Positions 15,280 to 26,404 of a DNA stretch of 64,000 nt are shown here, piece by piece. The notes under the pieces are model-generated. The model saw only the letters and a list, made by a program, of their open reading frames with translations, had not been told where the DNA came from and did not search any database. The position numbers were made by a program, and so were the translations under genes. The number at the start of each line of letters is the position of its first letter. The stretch's first letter is position 1. Origin of the DNA: Eledone cirrhosa. Taxonomy: Eukaryota. Location of the stretch: positions 173,476,001-173,540,000 of the forward strand of contig OZ024742.1 in the NCBI GenBank assembly GCA_964016885.1, in the 5' to 3' direction.

Positions 15280-15670
15280 TTTATTCCTAAGATTCTTCTC
15301 ATCCATTTCTCTACCGAGCTGCCTTACAAATTCTCAAGACTTCAGTTCCTTGTTAGAGCCAGTTTTGCTATGAACATCAATAAACCTCACGGTCAGAGTC
15401 TGGAAGCTGTTGCATTAAATATGAGAGAAGTGGTTTTTACCCATGGGCAGTTATATGTAGATTGATCATTAGTGGGAACACCTAGAAATCTTCATACATA
15501 TAGAATCTGGCGTTTCTGAAAGATTCTTGACTCATTTTTGTTCCTTCTGTTTACACCATGCTCTGGCCTCAAACTGTAAAGCAGAAAGCTCCTCCATTAC
15601 AGTTGTTTTGTCTTCTACCGTTCTTCCCTTATCATCTGTTAACGCAGGTGAAGCTGGGTACCTCACCTAG
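15280..15670 (+). mobile_element. Helitron 3' remnant: PIF1-family helicase C-terminus and 3' terminus
   Basis: Frame from 15280: FIPKILL..LPYKFSRLQFLVRASFAMNINKPHGQSLEAVALNMREVVFTHGQLYVD*SLVG (helicase motifs V/VI). Ends in a degenerate GC-rich hairpin and CTAG|T at 15667-15671. Confidence 0.85.
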
Positions 15671-15765
15671 TCCTGTAGAATCTCATCTATATTAAAACTG
15701 TTATACTCTGCAATGTATTTAGTAGCTTACTTACTGTGGTTACCTCCGACTCAACCCGGAATAAC

Positions 15766-15819
<54 letters not shown>

Positions 15820-16068
15820 TAGCGAGGTTTTTTATATGAAATCGTGTGTCGAAACAGATATTGTTATGCTTGGGGAGGGTCATATTTGCGTAATATTGCC
15901 AGAATTAATAACAGAACACACTCACTGTTTGGTTGGTTTTCGCTTCTCGCTGTCTTTTATACCTGCGATCTAACTTACTCGGTTCTGAATGTTGCCATTG
16001 ACTGACCGACGGTCAGAAATGATACAGATACAATATAGACACAAACACATATGTATAGTTTACATAAT

Positions 16069-16112
16069 TTACATAAATCTTTCGTTGCACATCTGCAACA
16101 TCGTCAGTGGTG
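16069..16112 (-). ncRNA. Minimal type I hammerhead ribozyme (mirror on plus strand ~17585-17628)
   Basis: CTGACGA-t-gttgca-gatg-tgcaac-GAAA-gatt-TA; perfect 6-bp stem II, weak stem I. Confidence 0.65.
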
Positions 16113-16226
16113 TTATATTCTTTCCTCCTGTTGTGTTGTATGTCTACGCCATTTTTTATTCAGTCTGTCTATATATTTATTTATTTATTTGAGAGCACTA
16201 ACAAGTTTGATTTATAACGTAGCACG

Positions 16227-17306
16227 ATGGAAAGCATCCAGCAGATAGCTAATTCCATACACCTGAGTATAACTGTAACTATCGACTTCCCTTCCAAACA
16301 CCCTAACAATAGACTACCTGTATTAGACACAGAACTCTGGATTAACACTATAGACGAGAGAGCCCAAATTCTCCACTCACACTATGCTAAACCCATGGCC
16401 TCCAAATACCTGATACTCAAAAACTCAGCAATATCCAGTAGTGCTAAGTTTAATATTCTGATCGCAGATTTGGTACGAGTGATGAAGAATGTGTCCTGCA
16501 TGTGCGACCCAACAGAAATGGAAAGACACATCCAACACTTCATCAACCGCATGCAGTTCTCTGGCTACAACCAAAGAGACAGAGTCAGAGTATACGAAGG
16601 AGCCATGGAAAAGTATAAGACCCTCATAGAACTGGACATGAAAGGAATTTGCCCATTATGCAGGAGCAAATCATGGAATATCTTAGATAGGGCTAGACAT
16701 AAGATAGGGAAGGCCACAGCATGGTACGACAACCAGAGATATCAGAGTGTCATGTTTGTGGACGCCACCCCTGGAGGGAAATTAGCTAACCAGTGTAGAA
16801 AGGCCCTGATAAAGACCCACTTAAAAATAAAGGTGGTAGAAAAGCCAGGAACCACCATAAAATCCCTGATCAGCAAAACCTACCCTTTTAAGAAAACGCA
16901 CTGTACCAATAGGAAATGTATCATATGTAAGGTGAAGCCCCGGATAAACTGTAAAACTAGAAACGTAGTCTATAGCATGAGATGTACAGAGGGTACTTGC
17001 AGAAACATGACAACAACATACATAGGTGAGACAGCTCGTAGCATAGGTGAAAGGATAGACCAACACTGGGGGGAACTAAAAGGACGAAAAAACGGGTAAG
17101 TACTATACGAACATGCTAGACAACAACATGACGGTAACATAGACAACATAGAAATTAGAATAATATCTAAACATAGGAATGACCCAGCAGATAGGCAAAT
17201 CAGAGAGGCCAGTGAAATAGAAATTAGAAGACCAAAGCTAAACAGAAAGAATGAGTGGAACAACAACAACACCCAAACAAACAACACTGACCTAAGAGAA
17301 GTATAA
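16227..17306 (+). pseudogene. PLE polyprotein C-terminal part (RT thumb plus GIY-YIG endonuclease), one in-frame stop at 17097-17099
   Basis: LPVLDTELW, HYAKPMAS, FSGY, CKTRNVVYSMRC..YIGETARSIGERIDQH; after the stop the frame continues DPADRQIREASEI..PKLNRKNEW. Confidence 0.9.
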
Positions 17307-17835
17307 ATAAGTAAATAAAATAAAATAAAATAAAATAAAATAAGATAAATAAATACATACACAAGCACAATAACAACAAGCACATAAACACACACTAGTC
17401 ACACAGCAGACACAACACTATACACACTAGTCACACAGCACACATAACACTATTCACACACGCAAACGCATGCGCAAAGAAGACAATATAAAATAAACAA
17501 ACAACCAAATAAATAAATAAATATATAGACAGACTGAATAAAAAATGGCGTAGACATACAACACAACAGGAGGAAAAAATATAACACCACTGACGATGTT
17601 GCAGATGTGCAAGGAAAGATTTATGTAAATTATGTAAACTATATATATGTGTTTGTGTTTATATTGTATCTGTATTATTTTTGACCGCCGGTCAGCCAAT
17701 GGCTACATTGAGGACCGAGTAAGTTAGATCGCAGATATAAAAGACAGCGAGAAGCGAAAACCAACCAAACAGTGAGTGTGTTCTGTTATTAATTCTGGCA
17801 ATATTACGCAAATATGACCCTCCCCAAGTATAACA

Positions 17836-17876
<41 letters not shown>

Positions 17877-18166
17877 ACGCATATAGATATATATAACACA
17901 TATAGATATATATAACACATAGATATATTATGAATTATATAGCAGTATACTCTTTTTAAGCCATATTTTATCAATTCTCTACTATGCATTCCGCCATAAT
18001 TTAAGCATCACAGTCTCTACAATCGAAAGCTGGAAGCTCGTTTCCCACTGGTCAGGACGTTGTGTCATTAAGCAAATCACGGTAAATGAAAAAAAAATAG
18101 CAAGAGCTGAAGAACCCTCATTTTCTTATATACATATATATCTATAAATATATATATATATATATA

Positions 18167-19077
18167 CTAGCAGCAGTACCCATCGATGCCTGGGCAGGTA
18201 AAGAAATGTCTGCTTTGAGCTGGCGAGTTTATTGAAAATCGGTCGTAAGGTGTAGCAAATGGCGAAATGTTGAGTGAAATCGTATGGAATATCAGGGAGG
18301 TGGAAAAAATCGTATTTTGAAGAGTTAAACGGCTGCCACACCGTAACTGAACAAAACATTCAAAGTGTAAAGCTACTATAAGATGTGCAATGATAGGTTA
18401 TATCGTAGTACAAAAGTTGAACCAAATAAATTGATTTATGTGTGAGGTGGAACCGCAGTTTCGAATTTGAACGAAATCAGTTGAAAAATGAGGGAGCTAG
18501 AGCTGAAAAGGCGGAAATTTGATCGAAAAGGTGGTATTTTCGAATATTTAAGCGGCTGCCACGCCGTTCCTGATCAACATATCTAACATCTAAATGCACC
18601 GTAAGACGTCAAATAAGCGGATCTAGCATACTGTAAAATTTTAACAAAGTAGGTTGATTAATGTGGGAGCTAGAGCCGAAAAAGTAGGAATTTGAGTCTA
18701 AAGGTGGTATTTTTGAATATTTAAGCGGCTGCCACGCCGACCCTGAATAAAAAATCCAAAATATAAAGCCATTAAAGGATGTACAAAAATAAATTCTATC
18801 TTGCTTTAAAATCTGAACGAAATCTGTGGCAAGATGTGGCAGCTAGAGCAAAACATCTTATTTTCGATACCTAAAATAAGATGACCGCCCTATCGATTTT
18901 TATCTGCAGAATGACTCCGGAATAAAAGAAAACAATACTCTGATATATAGAAAACACACCCGGTGACTAATCTACGAGCCTGTAAAGGTTCATGAAAATC
19001 GGTCATAAGATGTAGGCCCCTATAAGTAATACACAGACACAAAGACACACACATTTACTTAATTTTATATATATATA
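18167..19077 (-). mobile_element. Non-autonomous Helitron-like element with internal ~173 bp tandem repeats
   Basis: Minus-strand 3' end cccaggcatcgatggg..gCTAG|T. 5' end tatatataaaa..tgtgtgtc resembles the 57687 element. cggctgccac recurs at ~18330/18553/18727 and agctagagc at ~18495/18668/18841. Confidence 0.7.
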
Positions 19078-19099
19078 CATATATGTATATATATATATA

Positions 19100-19500
19100 A
19101 GTATATATATATATATATTATAAAATAACAGGAGGCTGGAAAGGTGTATTTCCTTAAAAGGTTTATTGAGGGCGGCCGACCAGGGATGAAGCTGTCTCTG
19201 ATTTTCAGCCCCATGGATTTTGTCTAATATATTCTTTTGTTACATTTCGAATACTTGATGATGTCACCGGATTCATACTGAACCCGGTCATTGAAATAAT
19301 CTTAGTATCATAAACCTTTTAAGGAATTACACCAGTCCAGCCTCCTGCTATCTTATAAGAATTAACTCCGTACTCGCACCACCAACTACACAAACGAAGA
19401 CGGGTTAGTTGCATTACGTTAAGAACTCTCCATAATATTACATCGAGGTTGACCATATGGAATGACCAGTTCTATCCAGTGTGGTGAACAAATAAGCCTA
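19100..19500 (+). mobile_element. Short fold-back element in (TA)n with HHR at 19251-19308
   Basis: ~19119-19165 is inverted at ~19309-19357; atac-tTGATGA-..accgg..ccggt..-GAAA-taatct-TA-gtat (core C replaced by T). Confidence 0.7.
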
Positions 19501-19501
19501 A

Positions 19502-19556
<55 letters not shown>

Positions 19557-19565
<9 letters not shown>

Positions 19566-19875
19566 TTCGTTTCTGAATTTGTTTAGCAAGATTATTTATC
19601 TGAAAACGTGTGTTGAAACCGATATTTTTATACTTTGGGCGGGTCATGTTGCCAATAAGAAACACACGCACCAGTTACTTTCACTTCAATTTGTTATAAT
19701 AAATTTATAAATTTCTGGTCGGTGGTTCCACAACCATCTGGTTGTGGAACCAACCAACCAACCGGAAATTTAGAAATTCCTAAATTTATAAATTTATTAT
19801 AATAAATTGAAGTGAAAGCTACTGGTGCGTGTGTTTCCTATTGGCAACATGACCCTCCCAAATTATAACAATATA
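19557..19875. mobile_element. Fold-back of a PLE pseudo-LTR end in (TA)n
   Basis: ~19621-19710 is inverted at ~19785-19872; same sequence as 25352-25520. Confidence 0.8.
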
Positions 19876-19876
19876 T

Positions 19877-19930
<54 letters not shown>

Positions 19931-20035
19931 GTATACACATACATATGGGGTGGAAGAATGTGTATTATGGAATAAGTATAACCCTTATTAGGAAGACATT
20001 AATTAAGTGCGAAATAAGAGATAGTATTTGGAAAA

Positions 20036-20188
20036 ATAATTGTTTCTACTTTTGGCACAAGGCCAGCAATTCACCAGTGCATTACTGGTACTTTATTTTA
20101 TCGACCCCGTAAGGATGAAAGGCAAAGTCAACCTCGGCGGGATTTGAACTCAGATCGTAAAGGGACGTAACTATGCTGGAAAGCATGG
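20036..20188 (-). mobile_element. SINE family A, 5'-truncated
   Basis: Reverse complement of the 11483 element. Confidence 0.88.
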
Positions 20189-20507
20189 AAAAATAATGAA
20201 AGAGAGAATTGAATCAGAAATGATTAAATAATATTAACTAATGTAATAATAATACTATGTCATCATGTTTGCATAATTGATACATATTAGTAATTAAAAG
20301 TTGAGATAAGAATGAATATATTATATATTAGCATAACAGCGTTGCATTTTACAGTAGAATATGAATAAATAAAGTAAAAATAAACTTATATCTAGGGATT
20401 AATAAATATATTGCTTACAAATTAGCTACGCATGCATGTATTTTATTGGTTTAAACTTGCTCCTTCATATATATATATATGCAGATACATACATACATAT
20501 ATACGCA

Positions 20508-20598
<91 letters not shown>

Positions 20599-20825
20599 GT
20601 GTGTGTGTATGTGTGTGTTTGTGTGTGTGTATATGTGTGTGTATATGTGTGTGTGCGTGTGCGTGTGTGTATTTTGAAATATGTTACGTTTAATGTGAAA
20701 TATAATTTGATGTAACTTCATTTATATCTGCGCTGCAATTAAGAAATATGCGCAATTTAACACACAATAAACACATCAACGTCAGCAACAATATATAGTT
20801 ATTTATATATGTGCATATATATGTG

Positions 20826-20868
<43 letters not shown>

Positions 20869-20880
20869 GTGTGTGTATAG

Positions 20881-20968
<88 letters not shown>

Positions 20969-23799
20969 ATATATACATACATGCGTCCATAGATGGAAAT
21001 TGAAATTCGATAAACCACAAACATATATACATTAACTATATAAATATAAATTACTTATTAAAATATCACTATCAAGGTATTAAAGCAACTTTAAAATGAA
21101 AATTAAGAGAAAATATATTTATCATATTTTACTTTTAACATGCGTTTCGTATGAATTATTAAAGCGAAATATATTTTAATTACGTGATATATCAATTTAT
21201 TCAATCATATTCTATTTTAGGACAGCATTTAGTAGGCATTAATAAAGTGAAAATTATTCTAATTACGAGAAATATAAACATGCTTACTGTATTTTAGTAT
21301 GCATTAATAAAATGCAATATATTTTAATTAGGTAATATATAAATGTATTTAAACATGTTTTAGTTTTAGTATAGATTTAGTGTGGTTTAGTATTATGCCA
21401 AGTAAGATATGTAATTAATTAAAACTTTTTATGAGATCCGAAATTTAATATGTATAATGATGCTCTAGTCGTAGCGACAGATATAGCATTCTTGCGTCTC
21501 AGCTGCTTCAGTGACTAGTATTGTGTATATATCACATTACTAAAGTGGCTATATTTAAACAGTTTGCAGGAAAGGTATTCGACAATTGTACCAGCACTTT
21601 GGGCTCTGTGTTCAGATCATAATGAGTTCAATTTTTATGTCAGCATTTTGGGGTTCATAAAGAACCTATTAGATTGTACGACTTCTCCCCGATCTAACGG
21701 TGATAAACTGGATTTCTAAGAGAGCCTGAGCATTGTGTTAACAACATCCATTTCTATTCACCATTGCCTGCATAATATCAAACAATCCTCGATTATGTGC
21801 AACGGCTTAGTTTACATTAGCCATGCATCCCACATTGTACTGAATATCTATTGCTCAGAAAGACTTTTCTATGAAAGATCCCACCACCATATACTATTCT
21901 TTGCCTTCAGTCATTGTCTTGTTAATTAAATATATGAACTCAATCCATCGTACAGGTTTCCTCCTCTAGAATGAATCATTTAAAATAATCTACCACACGA
22001 TTATAAACATCTTGAATTAGGTTTATTCTAAAATGATTCGCGTGATCAAATGTTAGTAACTTACTATGATTCTTAAGAATATCTATAATCTTTCCGGGAT
22101 GAACGATTTATTCCGCTGATGTTGGTACACATCCATGAAGTTTTCCAAACAATATTTCTTTCCAGTGCACATCATTATATATAATTTTGCTGTGAATACG
22201 TCGATCGTCGGATTGAACTAATGGAACAATGTTTCAATTGGTATTTCCAAAACTGGTACAGTCTGCCCATCACAACTCATTCCAGAAAAGGAAAGGACAA
22301 GATCATTAGACTTGAACACTAACATGTTTCCTTTGCTTTTCCCATGGCTGATATTGTCAGTGGATCGTATATCCTAAACAGAAAAAACTACTCGATCGTA
22401 AATTGGACCAAGATAAAAATGTTTCAAATGGTTTTTATATTGGTGATTCTAACGGCATGTTGCCAATCCTTGCAGAAGAAAAAAGCTGAGTGATAGATCG
22501 GACCAAGGGAAATGTTTCCCTTGGTCTTTACATCCGTCGCAAGTCTAAAGAGGAGAAATATGAAATAGAATATTTGACTGTAGACTCCCGGGTTTATAAT
22601 CACGGCCGTAGCATCCTGAGACCAATCAGCTAATCACTTCAAAGGAATAATTATTTGTCTTGCAAAATGACATTGAAGTGCACGTACATGTATGCGAGAG
22701 GCTTCTGTATTTTCAATCTATCACCTTCCGCACACAAGGCATTGATCAGCTCAAGGTAATATGGAAGATATTCGCTAAAGTTGCTGGACAACAGCAATGA
22801 TTCCATGAATACAGGGTTGCAGAGCGAACTTCTTAACCATACAGCCACACTTGATCCTATTTGTATATTGAGACATTATATAATGTTTCAATACTTTTTT
22901 TATTGTATCAATTTTTTTTGAATTATTTAATGCATTGTTTTCCTATTTTTCTATCTATAAGTAATCCTTGATTGATGTATGCCAGATAGTGTACAATAAT
23001 ATTATATAAAAAAATCACTGTATCAGTGTACGTCCATTAATTTCACGCACGTCTCTTATTTTTGTATATTTTCATATTTGTGTAGTATTATTCTCTCTAT
23101 GTCTTTATTATTACAATGTTTTCTGTTAGTTATTTGCTTCGTTATATAATCACTGGTTTTATTTCTGTCAGTTCTCCATACACATTTTTTGTTAAGATCT
23201 CAATTTTGTTTGTTTTTTCTTTACATTTTAGGTTTTCTTTTTTCAGAAACCTCTCGTCATTTAATATTCTACACGAGAATATTTATTATTTATGCCACAG
23301 TGAGGGTGGTGGATTAGTAGAATCGTTAGAAACTTAAACATATGCTTTGTGCTATTTGTTCCGTTAAGACTGTCGAAGTATATGTTTCGATATATTTTCC
23401 GGAACTTTGTGTGCTGTGTTCAAATCCCGTCAAAGACAACTTCGCTTTCATCTTTTATTAAATTTGGAATTTTTTCTTTTTTTTTCTTTCATATTCTTTC
23501 ACCTGTGTTATCATTCGCGAATCAATACATACCGTGTTTTTGCTATGATTTAATTAATATGTTTTAGTCTCTTCTGTATTGGTAACTGTGGTTATTAAAA
23601 TTAATTGTGCTTACTCCTGTTTTAATACTGTCAACAGAGAGAAGATTAACTCCTCGATATTACGAGATCTTGAATCATGCAGAGAAAGACTCATATGGTT
23701 TTGACGCAAATTAGTGAGTAAAAGTAGTTCAAATTGGAATAGAATTGTTTATCGTGAAGAAAAATAAAATGTTCATTTTTATTTCTGAAATAGTGCCCC

Positions 23800-23960
23800 A
23801 ATGCAGCATTACGGAATTTTTAGGAAGTTCGCTTAGCGATTAAGTTCCTTATTCTATAGCACTACATTTCATCTTGGGCAAGTATCATTTACCATAGCCT
23901 CGAATCGACACGTGCAATCGGACATATATTGGGTAGACGGAAACTGTTTAAAAGCCCAGT
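23800..23960 (+). mobile_element. Old decayed SINE remnant (similar relics near 7950, 8450-8575, 22800, 23300-23460, 53950-54130, 54525-54620)
   Basis: cttgggcaagt..accatagcctcg..ggtagacggaaactg motif and degenerate family A-like bodies. Confidence 0.45.
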
Positions 23961-24434
23961 GAACGTGCTTTATCTTAAATTCAAAGGGTCAGCATTTTCG
24001 CAAACTGTCTTAAACTAAGTAATCATGAGAAGCACGTGTAAGGGACAAATAGATGTAAAAAGCTCATACACATTCATGTTAATTTAATGAGCAAGCTGTT
24101 ATGTTGATAGGAGGACTGAAACATTCGTTGTCGAATCTGACGTATGTCCATTCCTGAGACGTTAGAAGTTTTCTCTTCCTCAGAGTAATCCTATTAATTC
24201 CCTTCTTGAATTCCTGTAGCTTGCTCTACAGAGTATATGTTTAATTGGATAGAAAATGGTGTCCATACCGCCTCACTCAAGTTCTCATTTCCAAATCTTA
24301 CCGCAGCGGTCGATTGCGTTTTCAAACGTTTCGAGGAATTAAACAAATATCAGGAGTAGATTAAATGCGTGATCCACTGACTATAGAAATTGTCGTTAAA
24401 CCCCAATCGCTATCATTATGAACTATTCTTAGAT

Positions 24435-24471
24435 CTCGCGATAGCTCAGTTGGTAGAGCGGTGGACTGTAG
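24435..24471 (+). pseudogene. tRNA-Tyr(GTA) 5' half, truncated retrocopy (not a functional tRNA)
   Basis: ctcgcgaTAGCTCAGTTGGTAGAGCGGTGGACTGTAG matches eukaryotic tRNA-Tyr through the anticodon. No 3' half follows; there is an A-rich tract and flanking 14-bp direct repeats. Confidence 0.8.
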
Positions 24472-25156
24472 GATGGTTATAGAAAAAAATAAAGAAAGCG
24501 TTATGAACAATTCTACTCAATTCCGTTTAATTTGTGCCAGTTCACACTAAAGTGATAAATAAGAAAACAAAACCACAGCATATTTTATTGCCATGCTAGA
24601 AGTAAATTACGGGACTGAGTCAAATACACTTCTCTCTTTAGATAGCATGAAACTACTCAACAATATCTTGTAAAAAGAGGCTGATGATACGGGAAAGATT
24701 TAAAGTACATTTGAAATATTTATTTTTACCTATTTCCAGTTTGTTATATTTTTTCCATTTTTTCAACTTTTAGTAGTATTATATTTGCAATTTTCTAATG
24801 ATTTTCTTAATAACCTGCAGCTATTCTCCACTGGTTTCAACATAATTAGATAAAGATAAATGAGAAAAAAGCATCATCAGGAAAATAAACAAGAAACAGG
24901 AACACAAGAGTAAAAACAGCCAACGTGTAACTACATAAACAACAATCCAAACGACGAAGGAATAACAACAGGGGAAACAGCAAAAGCTAGAAGAACAATG
25001 ATATTTCCAAGATGCGAAAATTAACAAGAAAGACATAATACTAACAACGACAGTGAAAAAAAATTACAAATGCACGAAAATACTATTACAAAATGTAAAA
25101 TCACACGAGAAGAAAGGCTTAATTTCCGCTTTGTTCTATATTTTGTGTCTACGTGC

Positions 25157-25223
<67 letters not shown>

Positions 25224-25294
25224 GTATAAAACATATATATGCACATACATAAACACACATATGTACATACATACATATATATATATATATAGAA

Positions 25295-25348
<54 letters not shown>

Positions 25349-25354
<6 letters not shown>

Positions 25355-26280
25355 ATATTTCGTTTCTTAATTTGTTTATCAAGATTCTTTATCTGAAAAC
25401 GTGTGTTGGAACCGATATTGTTATGCTTTGGGAGGGTAATCTTCCCAATAAGAAACACACGCACCAGTTGCTTTCAATCCAATTTATTATAAATTTCAGG
25501 TTGGTTGGTTGGTTCCACAACCGGACGGTTGTTCATATATTGTCAAAGTTCTTTCGTCACGCATTATGTGACCTCATCAGTGACCGGGGATTCTTTTCTT
25601 TGTTTTGTACCTCTCCTTTGTTCTGTCCTATGACATCTTTTTATTTTGTGTGTGTTTTGTGCTTAGTTTGCGCATGTGTTACATCCGGGTGTATGTGTGT
25701 GTGTTTATTTGTTTATTTATTTGTTTATTTACATGTTACTAGTTGGTTGTTTCTTCTATGTGTGTGTGTTTTCATTTTGTCCTTAATTGTAAGTTGTGAT
25801 GTTGCCTTTCCATTCATGTTTTCTATTTAATTTTGGTTGGGCTTATTTATTTTTATTGTCTCTGTGATTTGTCTAAACATTGCGTCTTTTCTGTGTGTAG
25901 ATTTTAATTTTATTTCTATGTTCTCTAATTTGACCTTATGTTCTATTTTAGCATGTTGGCGGAGTATTGACGAGTCTTTCTATCTTGAAGCTCTCGCCAG
26001 TGTTCATTTAATCGTTCTCCTATGCTACGAGCTGTCTCACCTATGTATATTATATTCTTATATTTACATAGTACATATTATGCTATATACAGTATCTAGG
26101 ATGTAACAGATGCGCAAACTAAGCACACAACACACCCGAAAACAAGATGGCAAAGGAGAGGCACAAAACAAAGAAAAGAATCCCCGGTCACAGATGAGGT
26201 CACAGAATGTGTGAGGCAAGAACTTTGACAATATATTGTGGAACCAACCAACCGGAAATTTATAAATTTCTTAAATGTAT
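25349..26280 (-). mobile_element. Truncated PLE (GIY-YIG remnant plus pseudo-LTR) with inverted arm at ~26098-26280
   Basis: Minus strand ~26048-25840 reads YIGETARSIGERLNEHWREL..., similar to the 16227 ORF. 26098-26270 inverts parts of 25490-25690. Confidence 0.85.
25542..25584 (-). ncRNA. Minimal type I hammerhead ribozyme
   Basis: gtca-CTGATGA-g-gtcac-ataatgc-gtgac-GAAA-gaac-TT-tgac; perfect stems I and II. Confidence 0.82.
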
Positions 26281-26404
26281 AATTTAATTTATAATGAACT
26301 GTGTATATATACACACAGTTCAAGAATAACCAATCTTAAAGAGAGAGATGGAGATAGGAGAGAAGATAGTAGAGGCGAGATTGGTTAATTATTTAGAAGC
26401 CAAA

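Larger units (their letters stand above)
15817..17840 (+). mobile_element. 5'-truncated Penelope-like element with inverted pseudo-LTRs, in (TA)n
   Basis: 15859-16189 is inverted at ~17512-17838; internal RT-thumb/GIY-YIG frame; HHR in both arms. Confidence 0.92.

Noticed and set aside
22200-22535. CRISPR array
   Set aside because: Eukaryotic context, repeats far too degenerate, no cas genes.
24435-24510. Functional tRNA-Tyr gene
   Set aside because: No T-arm/B-box or 3' acceptor strand downstream.
24821-25150. Host coding exon after a pyrimidine tract and ctgcag
   Set aside because: All three plus-strand frames hit a stop within ~35 nt.
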